Assembly (NCBI GenBank): GCA_964057225.1
Contig: OZ059900.1
Span: forward strand, 372,001 to 436,000
Direction: 5' to 3'
Length of the DNA stretch: 64,000 nt
Source: Auanema rhodensis
Lineage: Eukaryota; Animalia; Nematoda
Shown here: positions 43,401-59,000 of the stretch, piece by piece
How positions within the stretch are numbered: the stretch's first letter is position 1
Layout: every line of letters begins with the position of its first letter
Made by a program: the position numbers and the translations under genes
Notes under the pieces: generated by a model
The model's input: only the letters and a program-made list of their open reading frames with translations
What the model was told of the DNA's origin: nothing
Database searches by the model: none

Positions 43401-46400
43401 GCTAAATCGCTCATATATATGATCAAAAGCATAGTTTTATTGTCTATAACAACAAAAGTCATCAATTAAACGCTAGTGATGTTTAAATACTGAATTTCGC
43501 TCAAATAGCATAACTACACTAAGTATGGTCGTTTTTATGCCTTTAACACCATATACTCACCGATTTTTGGTACAAAATCTGTAATACTCGTAAATTTTGA
43601 TCATATTCGTTAAGATTTGAGAATCAAACACACAATACACAAAATCAGTCTATTTTTATGAGCTTGCACTGATATATATTCATTTTGATCAAAAAAGGTC
43701 GAAAATAGAAAGAATTTTTGAAATTTCCGAGTTTTGAGTCCAATTTGGCTGAATCGCTCATATATATGATCAAAAGCATAGTTTTATTGTCTATAACAAC
43801 AAAAGTCATCAATTAAACGCTAGTGATGTTTTAATACTGAATTTCGCTCAAATAGCATTACTACACTAAGTATGGTCGTTTTTATGCCTTTAACACCATA
43901 TACTCACCGATTTTTGGTACAAAATCTGTAATACTCGTAAATTTTGATCATATTCGTTAAGATTTGAGAATCAAACACACAATACACAAAATCAGTCTAT
44001 TTTTATGAGCTTGCACTGATATATATTCATTTTGATCAAAAAAGGTCGAAAATAGAAAGAATTTTTGAATTTTCCGAGTTTTGAGTCCAATTGGGCTAAA
44101 TCGCTCATATATATGATCAAAAGCATAGTTTTATTGTCTATGACAACAAAAGTCATTAATTAAACACTAATGATGTTTAAATCACTAAATTTCGCTCAAA
44201 TAACATTACTACACTAAGTATGGTCGTTTTTATGCCTTTAACACCATACACTCACCGATTTTTGGTACAAAATCTGTAATACTCGTAAATTTTGATCATA
44301 TTCGTTAAGATTTGAGAATCAAACACACAATACCCAAAATCAGTCTATTTTTATGAGCTTGCACTGATATATATTCATTTTGATCAAAAAAGGTCGAAAA
44401 TAGAAAGAATTTTTGAAATTTCCGAGTTTTGAGTCCAATTTGGCTAAATCGCTCATATATATGATCAAAAGCATAGTTTCATTGTCTATAACAACAAAAG
44501 TCATCAATTAAACGCTAGTGATGTTTTAATACTGAATTTCGCTCAAATAGCATTACTACACTAAGTATGGTCGTTTTTATGCCTTTAACACTATATACTC
44601 ACCGATTTTTGGTACAAAATCTGTAATACTTGTAAATTTTGTTCATATTTGTTAAGATTTGAGAATCAAACATACAATACACGAAATCAGTCTATTTTTA
44701 TGAGCTTGCACTGATATATATTCATTTTGATCAAAAAAGGTCGAAAATAGAAAGAATTTTTGAAATTTCCGAGTTTTGAGTCTAATTTGGCTAAATCGCT
44801 CATATATATGATCAGAAGCATAGTTTTATTGTCTATGACAACAAAAGTCATCAATTAAACGCTAGTGATGTTCAAATACTGATTTTCGCTCGAATAGCAT
44901 TACTACACTAAGTATGGTCGTTTTTATGCCTTTAACACCATATACTCACCGATTTTTGGTACAAAATCTGTAATACTCGTAAATTTTGATCATATTCGTT
45001 AAGATTTGAGAATCAAACACACAATACACAAAATCAGTCTATTTTTATGAGCTTGCACTGATATATATTCATTTTGATCAAAAAAGGTCGAAAATAGAAA
45101 GAATTTTTGAAATTTCCGAGTTTTGAGTCCAATTTGGCTAAATCGCTCATATATATGATCAAAAGCATAGTTTTATTGTCTATAACAACAAAAGTCATCA
45201 ATTAAACGCTAGTGATGTTTAAATACTGAATTTCGCTCAAATAGCATTACTACACTAAGTATGGTCGTTTTTATGCCTTTAACACCATATACTCACCGAT
45301 TTTTGGTACAAAATCTGTAATACTCGTAAATTTTGATCATATTCGTTAAGATTTGAGAATCAAACACACAATACACAAAATCAGTCTATTTTTATGAGCT
45401 TGCACTGATATATATTCATTTTGATCAAAAAAGGTCGAAAATAGAAAGAATTTTTGAATTTTCCGAGTTTTGAGTCCAATTGGGCTAAATCGCTCATTTA
45501 TATGATCAAAAGCATAGTTTTATTGTCTATGACAACAAAAGTCATTAATTAAACACTAATGATGTTTAAATCACTAAATTTCGCTCAAATAACATTACTA
45601 CACTAAGTATGGTCGTTTTTATGCCTTTAACACCATATACTCACCGATTTTTGGTACAAAATCTGTAATACTTGTAATATTTGATCATATTTGTTAAGAT
45701 TTGAGAATCAAACACACAATACACAAAATCAGTCTATTTTTATGAGTTTGCACTGATATATATTCATTTTGATCAAAAAAGGTCGAAAATAGAAAGAATT
45801 TTTGAATTTTCCGAGTTTTGAGTCCAATTGGGCTAAATCGCTCATATATATGATCAAAAGCATAGTTTTATTGTCTATGACAACAAAAGTCATTAATTAA
45901 ACACTAATGATGTTTAAATCACTAAATTTCGCTCAAATAGCATTACTACACTAAGTATGGTCGTTTTTATGCCTTTAAAACCATATACTCACCGATTTTT
46001 GGTACAAAATCTGTAATACTCGTAAATTTTGATCATATTCGTTAAGATTTGAGAATCAAACACACAATACCCAAAATCAGTCTATTTTTATGAGCTTGCA
46101 CTGATATATATTCATTTTGATCAAAAAAGGTCGAAAATAGAAAGAATTTTTGAAATTTCCGAGTTTTGAGTCCAATTTGGCTAAATCGCTCATATATATG
46201 ATCAAAAGCATAGTTTCATTGTCTATAACAACAAAAGTCATCAATTAAACGCTAGTGATGTTTTAATACTGAATTTCGCTCAAATAGCATAACTACACTA
46301 AGTATGGTCGTTTTTATGCCTTTAACACCATATACTCACCGATTTTTGGTACAAAATCTGTAATACTCGTAAATTTTGATCATATTCGTTAAGATTTGAG

Positions 46401-49400
46401 AATCAAACATACAATACACAAAATCAGTCTATTTTTATAAGCTTGCACTGATATATATTCATTTTGATCAAAAAAGGTCGAAAATAGAAAGAATTTTTGA
46501 AATTTCCGAGTTTTGAGTCTAATTTGGCTAAATCGCTCATATATATGATCAGAAGCATAGTTTTATTGTCTATGACAACAAAAGTCATCAATTAAACGCT
46601 AGTGATGTTTAAATACTGATTTTCGCTCAAATAGCATTACTACACTAAGTATGGTCGTTTTTATGCCTTTAACACCATATACTCACCGATTTTTGGTACA
46701 AAATCTGTAATACTCGTAAATTTTGATCATATTCGTTAAGATTTGAGAATCAAACACTCAATACACAAAATCAGTCTATTTTTATGAGCTTGCACTGATA
46801 TATATTCATTTTGATCAAAAAAGGTCGAAAATAGAAAGAATTTTTGAAATTTCCGAGTTTTGAGTCCAATTTGGCTAAATCGCTCATATATATGATCAAA
46901 AGCATAGTTTTATTGTCTATAACAACAAAAGTCATCAATTAAACGCTAGTGATGTTTAAATACTGAATTTCGCTCAAATAGCATAACTACACTAAGTATG
47001 GTCGTTTTTATGCCTTTAACACCATATACTCACCGATTTTTGGTACAAAATCTGTAATACTCGTAAATTTTGATCATATTCGTTAAGATTTGAGAATCAA
47101 ACACACAATACACAAAATCAGTCTATTTTTATGAGCTTGCACTGATATATATTCATTTTGATCAAAAAAGGTCGAAAATAGAAAGAATTTTTGAAATTTC
47201 CGAGTTTTGAGTCCAATTTGGCTGAATCGCTCATATATATGATCAAAAGCATAGTTTTATTGTCTATAACAACAAAAGTCATCAATTAAACGCTAGTGAT
47301 GTTTTAATACTGAATTTCGCTCAAATAGCATTACTACACTAAGTATGGTCGTTTTTATGCCTTTAACACCATATACTCACCGATTTTTGGTACAAAATCT
47401 GTAATACTCGTAAATTTTGATCATATTCGTTAAGATTTGAGAATCAAACACACAATACACAAAATCAGTCTATTTTTATGAGCTTGCACTGATATATATT
47501 CATTTTGATCAAAAAAGGTCGAAAATAGAAAGAATTTTTGAATTTTCCGAGTTTTGAGTCCAATTGGGCTAAATCGCTCATATATATGATCAAAAGCATA
47601 GTTTTATTGTCTATGACAACAAAAGTCATTAATTAAACACTAATGATGTTTAAATCACTAAATTTCGCTCAAATAACATTACTACACTAAGTATGGTCGT
47701 TTTTATGCCTTTAACACCATACACTCACCGATTTTTGGTACAAAATCTGTAATACTCGTAAATTTTGATCATATTCGTTAAGATTTGAGAATCAAACACA
47801 CAATACCCAAAATCAGTCTATTTTTATGAGCTTGCACTGATATATATTCATTTTGATCAAAAAAGGTCGAAAATAGAAAGAATTTTTGAAATTTCCGAGT
47901 TTTGAGTCCAATTTGGCTAAATCGCTCATATATATGATCAAAAGCATAGTTTCATTGTCTATAACAACAAAAGTCATCAATTAAACGCTAGTGATGTTTT
48001 AATACTGAATTTCGCTCAAATAGCATTACTACACTAAGTATGGTCGTTTTTATGCCTTTAACACTATATACTCACCGATTTTTGGTACAAAATCTGTAAT
48101 ACTTGTAAATTTTGTTCATATTTGTTAAGATTTGAGAATCAAACATACAATACACGAAATCAGTCTATTTTTATGAGCTTGCACTGATATATATTCATTT
48201 TGATCAAAAAAGGTCGAAAATAGAAAGAATTTTTGAAATTTCCGAGTTTTGAGTCTAATTTGGCTAAATCGCTCATATATATGATCAGAAGCATAGTTTT
48301 ATTGTCTATGACAACAAAAGTCATCAATTAAACGCTAGTGATGTTCAAATACTGATTTTCGCTCGAATAGCATTACTACACTAAGTATGGTCGTTTTTAT
48401 GCCTTTAACACCATATACTCACCGATTTTTGGTACAAAATCTGTAATACTCGTAAATTTTGATCATATTCGTTAAGATTTGAGAATCAAACACACAATAC
48501 ACAAAATCAGTCTATTTTTATGAGCTTGCACTGATATATATTCATTTTGATCAAAAAAGGTCGAAAATAGAAAGAATTTTTGAAATTTCCGAGTTTTGAG
48601 TCCAATTTGGCTAAATCGCTCATATATATGATCAAAAGCATAGTTTTATTGTCTATAACAACAAAAGTCATCAATTAAACGCTAGTGATGTTTAAATACT
48701 GAATTTCGCTCAAATAGCATTACTACACTAAGTATGGTCGTTTTTATGCCTTTAACACCATATACTCACCGATTTTTGGTACAAAATCTGTAATACTCGT
48801 AAATTTTGATCATATTCGTTAAGATTTGAGAATCAAACACACAATACACAAAATCAGTCTATTTTTATGAGCTTGCACTGATATATATTCATTTTGATCA
48901 AAAAAGGTCGAAAATAGAAAGAATTTTTGAATTTTCCGAGTTTTGAGTCCAATTGGGCTAAATCGCTCATTTATATGATCAAAAGCATAGTTTTATTGTC
49001 TATGACAACAAAAGTCATTAATTAAACACTAATGATGTTTAAATCACTAAATTTCGCTCAAATAACATTACTACACTAAGTATGGTCGTTTTTATGCCTT
49101 TAACACCATATACTCACCGATTTTTGGTACAAAATCTGTAATACTCGTAAATTTTGATCATATTCGTTAAGATTTGAGAATCAAACACACAATACACAAA
49201 ATCAGTCTATTTTTATGAGCTTGCACTGATATATATTCATTTTGATCAAAAAAGGTCGAAAATAGAAAGAATTTTTGAAATTTCCGAGTTTTGAGTCCAA
49301 TTTGGCTGAATCGCTCATATATATGATCAAAAGCATAGTTTTATTGTCTATAACAACAAAAGTCATCAATTAAACGCTAGTGATGTTTTAATACTGAATT

Positions 49401-52400
49401 TCGCTCAAATAGCATTACTACACTAAGTATGGTCGTTTTTATGCCTTTAACACCATATACTCACCGATTTTTGGTACAAAATCTGTAATACTCGTAAATT
49501 TTGATCATATTCGTTAAGATTTGAAAATCAAACACACAATAAACAAAATCAGTCTATTTTTATGAGTTTGCACTGATATATATTCATTTTGATCAAAAAA
49601 GGTCGAAAATAGAAAGAATTTTTGAATTTTCCGAGTTTTGAGTCCAATTGGGCTAAATCGCTCATATATATGATCAAAAGCATAGTTTTATTGTCTATGA
49701 CAACAAAAGTCATTAATTAAACACTAATGATGTTTAAATCACTAAATTTCGCTCAAATAGCATTACTACACTAAGTATGGTCGTTTTTATGCCTTTAACA
49801 CCATATACTCACCGATTTTTGGTACAAAATCTGTAATACTCGTAAATTTTGATCATATTCGTTAAGATTGGAGAATCAAACACACAATACACAAAATCAG
49901 TCTATTTTTATGAGCTTGCACTGATATATATTCATTTTGATCAAAAAAGGTCGAAAATAGAAAGAATTTTTGAAATTTCCGAGTTTTGAGTCCAATTTGG
50001 CTAAATCGCTCATATATATGATCAAAAGCATAGTTTTATTGTCTATAACAACAAAAGTCATCAATTAAACGCTAGTGATGTTTAAATACTGAATTTCGCT
50101 CAAATAGCATAACTACACTAAGTATGGTCGTTTTTATGCCTTTAACACCATATACTCACCGATTTTTGGTACAAAATCTGTAATACTCGTAAATTTTGAT
50201 CATATTCGTTAAGATTTGAGAATCAAACACACAATACACAAAATCAGTCTATTTTTATGAGCTTGCACTGATATATATTCATTTTGATCAAAAAAGGTCG
50301 AAAATAGAAAGAATTTTTGAAATTTCCGAGTTTTGAGTCCAATTTGGCTGAATCGCTCATATATATGATCAAAAGCATAGTTTTATTGTCTATAACAACA
50401 AAAGTCATCAATTAAACGCTAGTGATGTTTTAATACTGAATTTCGCTCAAATAGCATTACTACACTAAGTATGGTCGTTTTTATGCCTTTAACACCATAT
50501 ACTCACCGATTTTTGGTACAAAATCTGTAATACTCGTAAATTTTGATCATATTCGTTAAGATTTGAGAATCAAACACACAATACACAAAATCAGTCTATT
50601 TTTATGAGCTTGCACTGATATATATTCATTTTGATCAAAAAAGGTCGAAAATAGAAAGAATTTTTGAATTTTCCGAGTTTTGAGTCCAATTGGGCTAAAT
50701 CGCTCATATATATGATCAAAAGCATAGTTTTATTGTCTATGACAACAAAAGTCATTAATTAAACACTAATGATGTTTAAATCACTAAATTTCGCTCAAAT
50801 AGCATTACTACACTAAGTATGGTCGTTTTTATGCCTTTAACACCATACACTCACCGATTTTTGGTACAAAATCTGTAATACTCGTAAATTTTGATCATAT
50901 TCGTTAAGATTTGAGAATCAAACACACAATACCCAAAATCAGTCTATTTTTATGAGCTTGCACTGATATATATTCATTTTGATCAAAAAAGGTCGAAAAT
51001 AGAAAGAATTTTTGAAATTTCCGAGTTTTGAGTCCAATTTGGCTAAATCGCTCATATATATGATCAAAAGCATAGTTTCATTGTCTATAGCAACAAAAGT
51101 CATCAATTAAACGCTAGTGATGTTTTAATACTGAATTTCGCTCAAATAGCATTACTACACTAAGTATGGTCGTTTTTATGCCTTTAACACTATATACTCA
51201 CCGATTTTTGGTACAAAATCTGTAATACTTGTAAATTTTGTTCATATTTGTTAAGATTTGAGAATCAAACATACAATACACGAAATCAGTCTATTTTTAT
51301 GAGCTTGCACTGATATATATTCATTTTGATCAAAAAAGGTCGAAAATAGAAAGAATTTTTGAAATTTCCGAGTTTTGAGTCTAATTTGGCTAAATCGCTC
51401 ATATATATGATCAGAAGCATAGTTTTATTGTCTATGACAACAAAAGTCATCAATTAAACGCTAGTGATGTTCAAATACTGATTTTCGCTCGAATAGCATT
51501 ACTACACTAAGTATGGTCGTTTTTATGCCTTTAACACCATATACTCACCGATTTTTGGTACAAAATCTGTAATACTCGTAAATTTTGATCATATTCGTTA
51601 AGATTTGAGAATCAAACACACAATACACAAAATCAGTCTATTTTTATGAGCTTGCACTGATATATATTCATTTTGATCAAAAAAGGTCGAAAATAGAAAG
51701 AATTTTTGAAATTTCCGAGTTTTGAGTCCAATTTGGCTAAATCGCTCATATATATGATCAAAAGCATAGTTTTATTGTCTATAACAACAAAAGTCATCAA
51801 TTAAACGCTAGTGATGTTTAAATACTGAATTTCGCTCAAATAGCATTACTACACTAAGTATGGTCGTTTTTATGCCTTTAACACCATATACTCACCGATT
51901 TTTGGTACAAAATCTGTAATACTCGTAAATTTTGATCATATTCGTTAAGATTTGAGAATCAAACACACAATACACAAAATCAGTCTATTTTTATGAGCTT
52001 GCACTGATATATATTCATTTTGATCAAAAAAGGTCGAAAATAGAAAGAATTTTTGAATTTTCCGAGTTTTGAGTCCAATTGGGCTAAATCGCTCATTTAT
52101 ATGATCAAAAGCATAGTTTTATTGTCTATGACAACAAAAGTCATTAATTAAACACTAATGATGTTTAAATCACTAAATTTCGCTCAAATAACATTACTAC
52201 ACTAAGTATGGTCGTTTTTATGCCTTTAACACCATATACTCACCGATTTTTGGTACAAAATCTGTAATACTCGTAAATTTTGATCATATTCGTTAAGATT
52301 TGAGAATCAAACACACAATACACAAAATCAATCTATTTTTATGAGCTTGCACTGATATATATTCATTTTGATCAAAAAAGGTCGAAAATAGAAAGAATTT

Positions 52401-53300
52401 TTGAAATTTCCGAGTTTTGAGTCCAATTTGGCTGAATCGCTCATATATATGATCAAAAGCATAGTTTTATTGTCTATAACAACAAAAGTCATCAATTAAA
52501 CGCTAGTGATGTTTTAATACTGAATTTCGCTCAAATAGCATTACTACACTAAGTATGGTCGTTTTTATGCCTTTAACACCATATACTCACCGATTTTTGG
52601 TACAAAATCTGTAATACTCGTAAATTTTGATCATATTCGTTAAGATTTGAAAATCAAACACACAATAAACAAAATCAGTCTATTTTTATGAGTTTGCACT
52701 GATATATATTCATTTTGATCAAAAAAGGTCGAAAATAGAAAGAATTTTTGAATTTTCCGAGTTTTGAGTCCAATTGGGCTAAATCGCTCATATATATGAT
52801 CAAAAGCATAGTTTTATTGTCTATGACAACAAAAGTCATTAATTAAACACTAATGATGTTTAAATCACTAAATTTCGCTCAAATAGCATTACTACACTAA
52901 GTATGGTCGTTTTTATGCCTTTAACACCATATACTCACCGATTTTTGGTACAAAATCTGTAATACTCGTAAATTTTGATCATATTCGTTAAGATTGGAGA
53001 ATCAAACACACAATACACAAAATCAGTCTATTTTTATGAGCTTGCACTGATATATATTCATTTTGATCAAAAAAGGTCGAAAATAGAAAGAATTTTTGAA
53101 ATTTCCGAGTTTTGAGTCCAATTTGGCTAAATCGCTCATATATATGATCAAAAGCATAGTTTTATTGTCTATAACAACAAAAGTCATCAATTAAACGCTA
53201 GTGATGTTTAAATACTGAATTTCGCTCAAATAGCATTACTACACTAAGTATGGTCGTTTTTATGCCTTTAACACCATATACTCACCGATTTTTGGTACAA
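37451..53300 (+). repeat. Variable-length large higher-order repeat domain (9- to 12-mers, 3.1-4.2 kb)
   Basis: GTTCATATTT marker at 40479, 44641, 48114 and 51240 (spacings 4162, 3473, 3126). GTAATATTTG at 42201/45674 and TTTAAAACC at 42501/45974 are both 3473 apart. GGCTGAATTG is at 37501/41315 (3814). Boundaries are approximate. Confidence 0.85.
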
Positions 53301-56099
53301 AATCTGTAATACTCGTAAATTTTGATCATATTCGTTAAGATTTGAGAATCAAACACACAATACACAAAATCAGTCTATTTTTATGAGCTTGCACTGATAT
53401 ATATTCATTTTGATCAAAAAAGGTCGAAAATAGAAAGAATTTTTGAAATTTCCGAGTTTTGAGTCCAATTTGGCTAAATCGCTCATATATATGATCAAAA
53501 GCATAGTTTCATTGTCTATAACAACAAAAGTCATCAATTAAACGCTAGTGATGTTTTAATACTGAATTTCGCTCAAATAGCATTACTACACTAAGTATGG
53601 TCGTTTTTATGCCTTTAACACCATATACTCACCGATTTTTGGTACAAAATCTGTAATACTTGTAAATTTTGATCATATTTGTTAAGATTTGAGAATCAAA
53701 CACACAATACACAAAATCAGTCTATTTTTATGAGTTTGCACTGATATATATTCATTTTGATCAAAAAAGGTCGAAAATAGAAAGAATTTTGGAAATGTCC
53801 GAGTTTTGAGTCCAATTTGGCTAAATCGCTCATATATATGATCAAAAGCATAGTTTTATTGTCTATAACAACAAAAGTCATCAATTAAACGCTAGTGATG
53901 TTGAAATACTGAATTTCGCTCAAATAGCATAACTACACTAAGTATGGTCGTTTTTATGCCTTTAACACCATATACTCACCGATTTTTGGTACAAAATCTG
54001 TAATACTCGTAAATTTTGATCATATTCGTTAAGATTTGAGAATCAAACATACAATACACGAAATCAGTCTATTTTTATGAGCTTGCACTGATATATATTC
54101 ATTTTGATCAAAAAAGGTCGAAAATAGAAAGAATTTTTGAAATTTCCGAGTTTTGAGTCTAATTTGGCTAAATCGCTCATATATATGATCAAAAGCATAG
54201 TTTTATTGTCTATGACAACAAAAGTCATTAATTAAACACCAATGATGTTTAAATCACTAAATTTCGCTCAAATAGCATTACTACACTAAGTATGGTCGTT
54301 TTTATGCCTTTAACACCATATACTCACCGATTTTTGGTACAAAATCTGTAATACTCGTAAATTTTGATCATATTCGTTAAGATTTGAGAATCAAACACAC
54401 AATACACAAAATCAGTCTATTTTTATGAGCTTGCACTGATATATATTCATTTTGATCAAAAAAGGTCGAAAATAGAAAGAATTTTTGAAATTTCCGAGTT
54501 TTGAGTCCAATTTGGCTGAATTGCTCATATATATGATCAAAAGCATAGTTTTATTGTCTATAACAACAAAAGTCATCAATTAAACGCTAGTGATGTTTTA
54601 ATACTGAATTTCGCTCAAATAGCATTACTACACTAAGTATGGTCGTTTTTATGCCTTTAACACCATATACTCACCGATTTTTGGTACAAAATCTGTAATA
54701 CTCGTAAATTTTGATCATATTCGTTAAGATTTGAAAATCAAACACACAATAAACAAAATCAGTCTATTTTTATGAGTTTGCACTGATATATATTCATTTT
54801 GATCAAAAAAGGTCGAAAATAGAAAGATTTTTTGAATTTTCCGAGTTTTGAGTCCAATTTGGCTAAATCGCTCATATATATGATCAAAAGCATAGTTTTA
54901 TTGTCTATGACAACAAAAGTCATTAATTAAACACTAATGATGTTTAAATCACTAAATTTCGCTCAAATAGCATTACTACACTAAGTATGGTCGTTTTTAT
55001 GCCTTTAACACCATATACTCACCGATTTTTGGTACAAAATCTGTAATACTTGTAAATTTTGATCATATTTGTTAAGATTTGAGAATCAAACACACAATAC
55101 ACAAAATCAGTCTATTTTTATGAGTTTGCACTGATATATATTCATTTTGATCAAAAAAGGTCGAAAATAGAAAGAATTTTGGAAATGTCCGAGTTTTGAG
55201 TCCAATTTGGCTAAATCGCTCATATATATGATCAAAAGCATAGTTTTATTGTCTATAACAACAAAAGTCATCAATTAAACGCTAGTGATGTTTAAATACT
55301 GAATTTCGCTCAAATAGCATAACTACACTAAGTATGGTCGTTTTTATGCCTTTAACACCATATACTCACCGATTTTTGGTACAAAATCTGTAATACTCGT
55401 AAATTTTGATCATATTCGTTAAGATTTGAGAATCAAACATACAATACACGAAATCAGTCTATTTTTATGAGCTTGCACTGATATATATTCATTTTGATCA
55501 AAAAAGGTCGAAAATAGAAAGAATTTTTGAAATTTCCGAGTTTTGAGTCTAATTTGGCTAAATCGCTCATATATATGATCAGAAGCATAGTTTTGTTGTC
55601 TATGACAACAAAAGTCATCAATTAAACGCTAGTGATGTTTAAATACTGATTTTCGCTCAAATAGCATTACTACACTAAGTATGGTCGTTTTTATGCCTTT
55701 AACACCATATACTCACCGATTTTTGGTACAAAATCTGTAATACTCGTAAATTTTGATCATATTCGTTAAGATTTGAGAATCAAACACACAATACACAAAA
55801 TCAGTCTATTTTTATGAGCTTGCACTGATATATATTCATTTTGATCAAAAAAGGTCGAAAATAGAAAGAATTTTTGAAATTTCCGAGTTTTGAGTCCAAT
55901 TTGGCTAAATCGCTCATATATATGATCAAAAGCATAGTTTCATTGTCTATAACAACAAAAGTCATCAATTAAACGCTAGTGATGTTTAAATACTGAATTT
56001 CGCTCAAATAGCATTACTACACTAAGTATGGTCGTTTTTATGCCTTTAACACCATATACTCACCGATTTTTGGTACAAAATCTGTAATACTCGTAAATT

Positions 56100-59000
56100 T
56101 TGATCATATTCGTTAAGATTCGAGAATCAAACATACAATACACGAAATCAGTCTATTTTTATGAGCTTGCACTGATATATATTCATTTTGATCAAAAAAG
56201 GTCGAAAATAGAAAGAATTTTTGAAATTTCCGAGTTTTGAGTCCAATTTGGCTAAATCGCTCATATATATAATCAAAAGCATAGTTTTATTGTCTATAAC
56301 AACAAAAGTCATCAATTAAACGCTAGTGATGTTTAAATACTGAATTTCGCTCAAATAGCATTACTACACTAAGTATGGTCGTTTTTATGCCTTTAACATT
56401 ATATACTCACCGATTTTTGGTACAAAATCTGTAATACTCGTAAATTTTGATCATATTCGTTAAGATTCGAGAATCAAACATACAATACACGAAATCAGTC
56501 TATTTTTATGAGCTTGCACTGATATATATTCATTTTGATCAAAAAAGGTCGAAAATAGAAAAATTTTTTGAAATTTCCGAGTTTTGAGTCTAATTTGGCT
56601 AAATCGCTCATATATATGATCAGAAGCAAAGTTTTATTGTCTATGATAACAAAAGTCATCAATTAAACGCTAGTGATGTTTGAATACTGAATTTCGCTCA
56701 AATAGCATTACTACACTAAGTATGGTCGTTTTTATGCCTTTAACACCATATACTCACCGATTTTTGGTACAAAATCTGTAATACTCGTAAATTTTGATCA
56801 TATTCGTTAAGATTCGAGAATCAAACATACAATACACGAAATCAGTCTATTTTTATGAGCTTGCACTGATATATATTCATTTTGATCAAAAAAGGTCGAA
56901 AATAGAAAGAATTTTTGAAATTTCCGAGTTTTGAGTCTAATTTGGCTAAATCGCTCATATATATGATCAGAAGCAAAGTTTTATTGTCTATGATAACAAA
57001 AGTCATCAATTAAACGCTAGTGATGTTTAAATACTGAATTTCGCTCAAATAGCATTACTACACTAAGTATGGTCGTTTTTATGCCTATAACACCATATAC
57101 TCACCGATTTTTGGTACAAAATCTGTAATACTCGTAAATTTTGATCATATTCGTTAAGATTTGAGAATCAAACATACAATACACGGAATCAGTCTATTTT
57201 TATGAGCTTGCACTGATATATATTCATTTTGATCAAAAAAGGTCGAAAATAGAAAGAATTTTGGAAATGTCCGAGTTTTGAGTCCAATTTGGCTAAATCG
57301 CTCATATATATAATCAAAAGCATAGTTTTATTGTCTATAACAACAAAAGTCATCAATTAAACGCTAGTGATGTTTAAATACTGAATTTCGCTCAAATAGC
57401 ATTACTACACTAAGTATGGTCGTTTTTATGCCTTTAACATTATATACTCACCGATTTTTGGTACAAAATCTGTAATACTCGTAAATTTTGATCATATTCG
57501 TTAAGATTCGAGAATCAAACATACAATACACGAAATCAGTCTATTTTTATGAGCTTGCACTGATATATATTCATTTTGATCAAAAAAGGTCGAAAATAGA
57601 AAGAATTTTTGAAATTTCCGAGTTTTGAGTCTAATTTGGCTAAATCGCTCATATATATGATCAGAAGCAAAGTTTTATTGTCTATGATAACAAAAGTCAT
57701 CAATTAAACGCTAGTGATGTTTGAATACTGAATTTCGCTCAAATAGCATTACTACACTAAGTATGGTCGTTTTTATGCCTTTAACACCATATACTCACCG
57801 ATTTTTGGTACAAAATCTGTAATACTCGTAAATTTTGATCATATTCGTTAAGATTCGAGAATCAAACATACAATACACGAAATCAGTCTATTTTTATGAG
57901 CTTGCACTGATATATATTCATTTTGATCAAAAAAGGTCGAAAATAGAAAGAATTTTTGAAATTTCCGAGTTTTGAGTCCAATTTGGCTAAATCGCTCATA
58001 TATATAATCAAAAGCATAGTTTTATTGTCTATAACAACAAAAGTCATCAATTAAACGCTAGTGATGTTTAAATACTGAATTTCGCTCAAATAGCATTACT
58101 ACACTAAGTATGGTCGTTTTTATGCCTTTAACATTATATACTCACCGATTTTTGGTACAAAATCTGTAATACTCGTAAATTTTGATCATATTCGTTAAGA
58201 TTCGAGAATCAAACATACAATACACGAAATCAGTCTATTTTTATGAGCTTGCACTGATATATATTCATTTTGATCAAAAAAGGTCGAAAATAGAAAAATT
58301 TTTTGAAATTTCCGAGTTTTGAGTCTAATTTGGCTAAATCGCTCATATATATGATCAGAAGCAAAGTTTTATTGTCTATGATAACAAAAGTCATCAATTA
58401 AACGCTAGTGATGTTTGAATACTGAATTTCGCTCAAATAGCATTACTACACTAAGTATGGTCGTTTTTATGCCTTTAACACCATATACTCACCGATTTTT
58501 GGTACAAAATCTGTAATACTCGTAAATTTTGATCATATTCGTTAAGATTCGAGAATCAAACATACAATACACGAAATCAGTCTATTTTTATGAGCTTGCA
58601 CTGATATATATTCATTTTGATCAAAAAAGGTCGAAAATAGAAAGAATTTTTGAAATTTCCGAGTTTTGAGTCTAATTTGGCTAAATCGCTCATATATATG
58701 ATCAGAAGCAAAGTTTTATTGTCTATGATAACAAAAGTCATCAATTAAACGCTAGTGATGTTTAAATACTGAATTTCGCTCAAATAGCATTACTACACTA
58801 AGTATGGTCGTTTTTATGCCTATAACACCATATACTCACCGATTTTTGGTACAAAATCTGTAATACTCGTAAATTTTGATCATATTCGTTAAGATTTGAG
58901 AATCAAACATACAATACACGGAATCAGTCTATTTTTATGAGCTTGCACTGATATATATTCATTTTGATCAAAAAAGGTCGAAAATAGAAAGAATTTTGGA

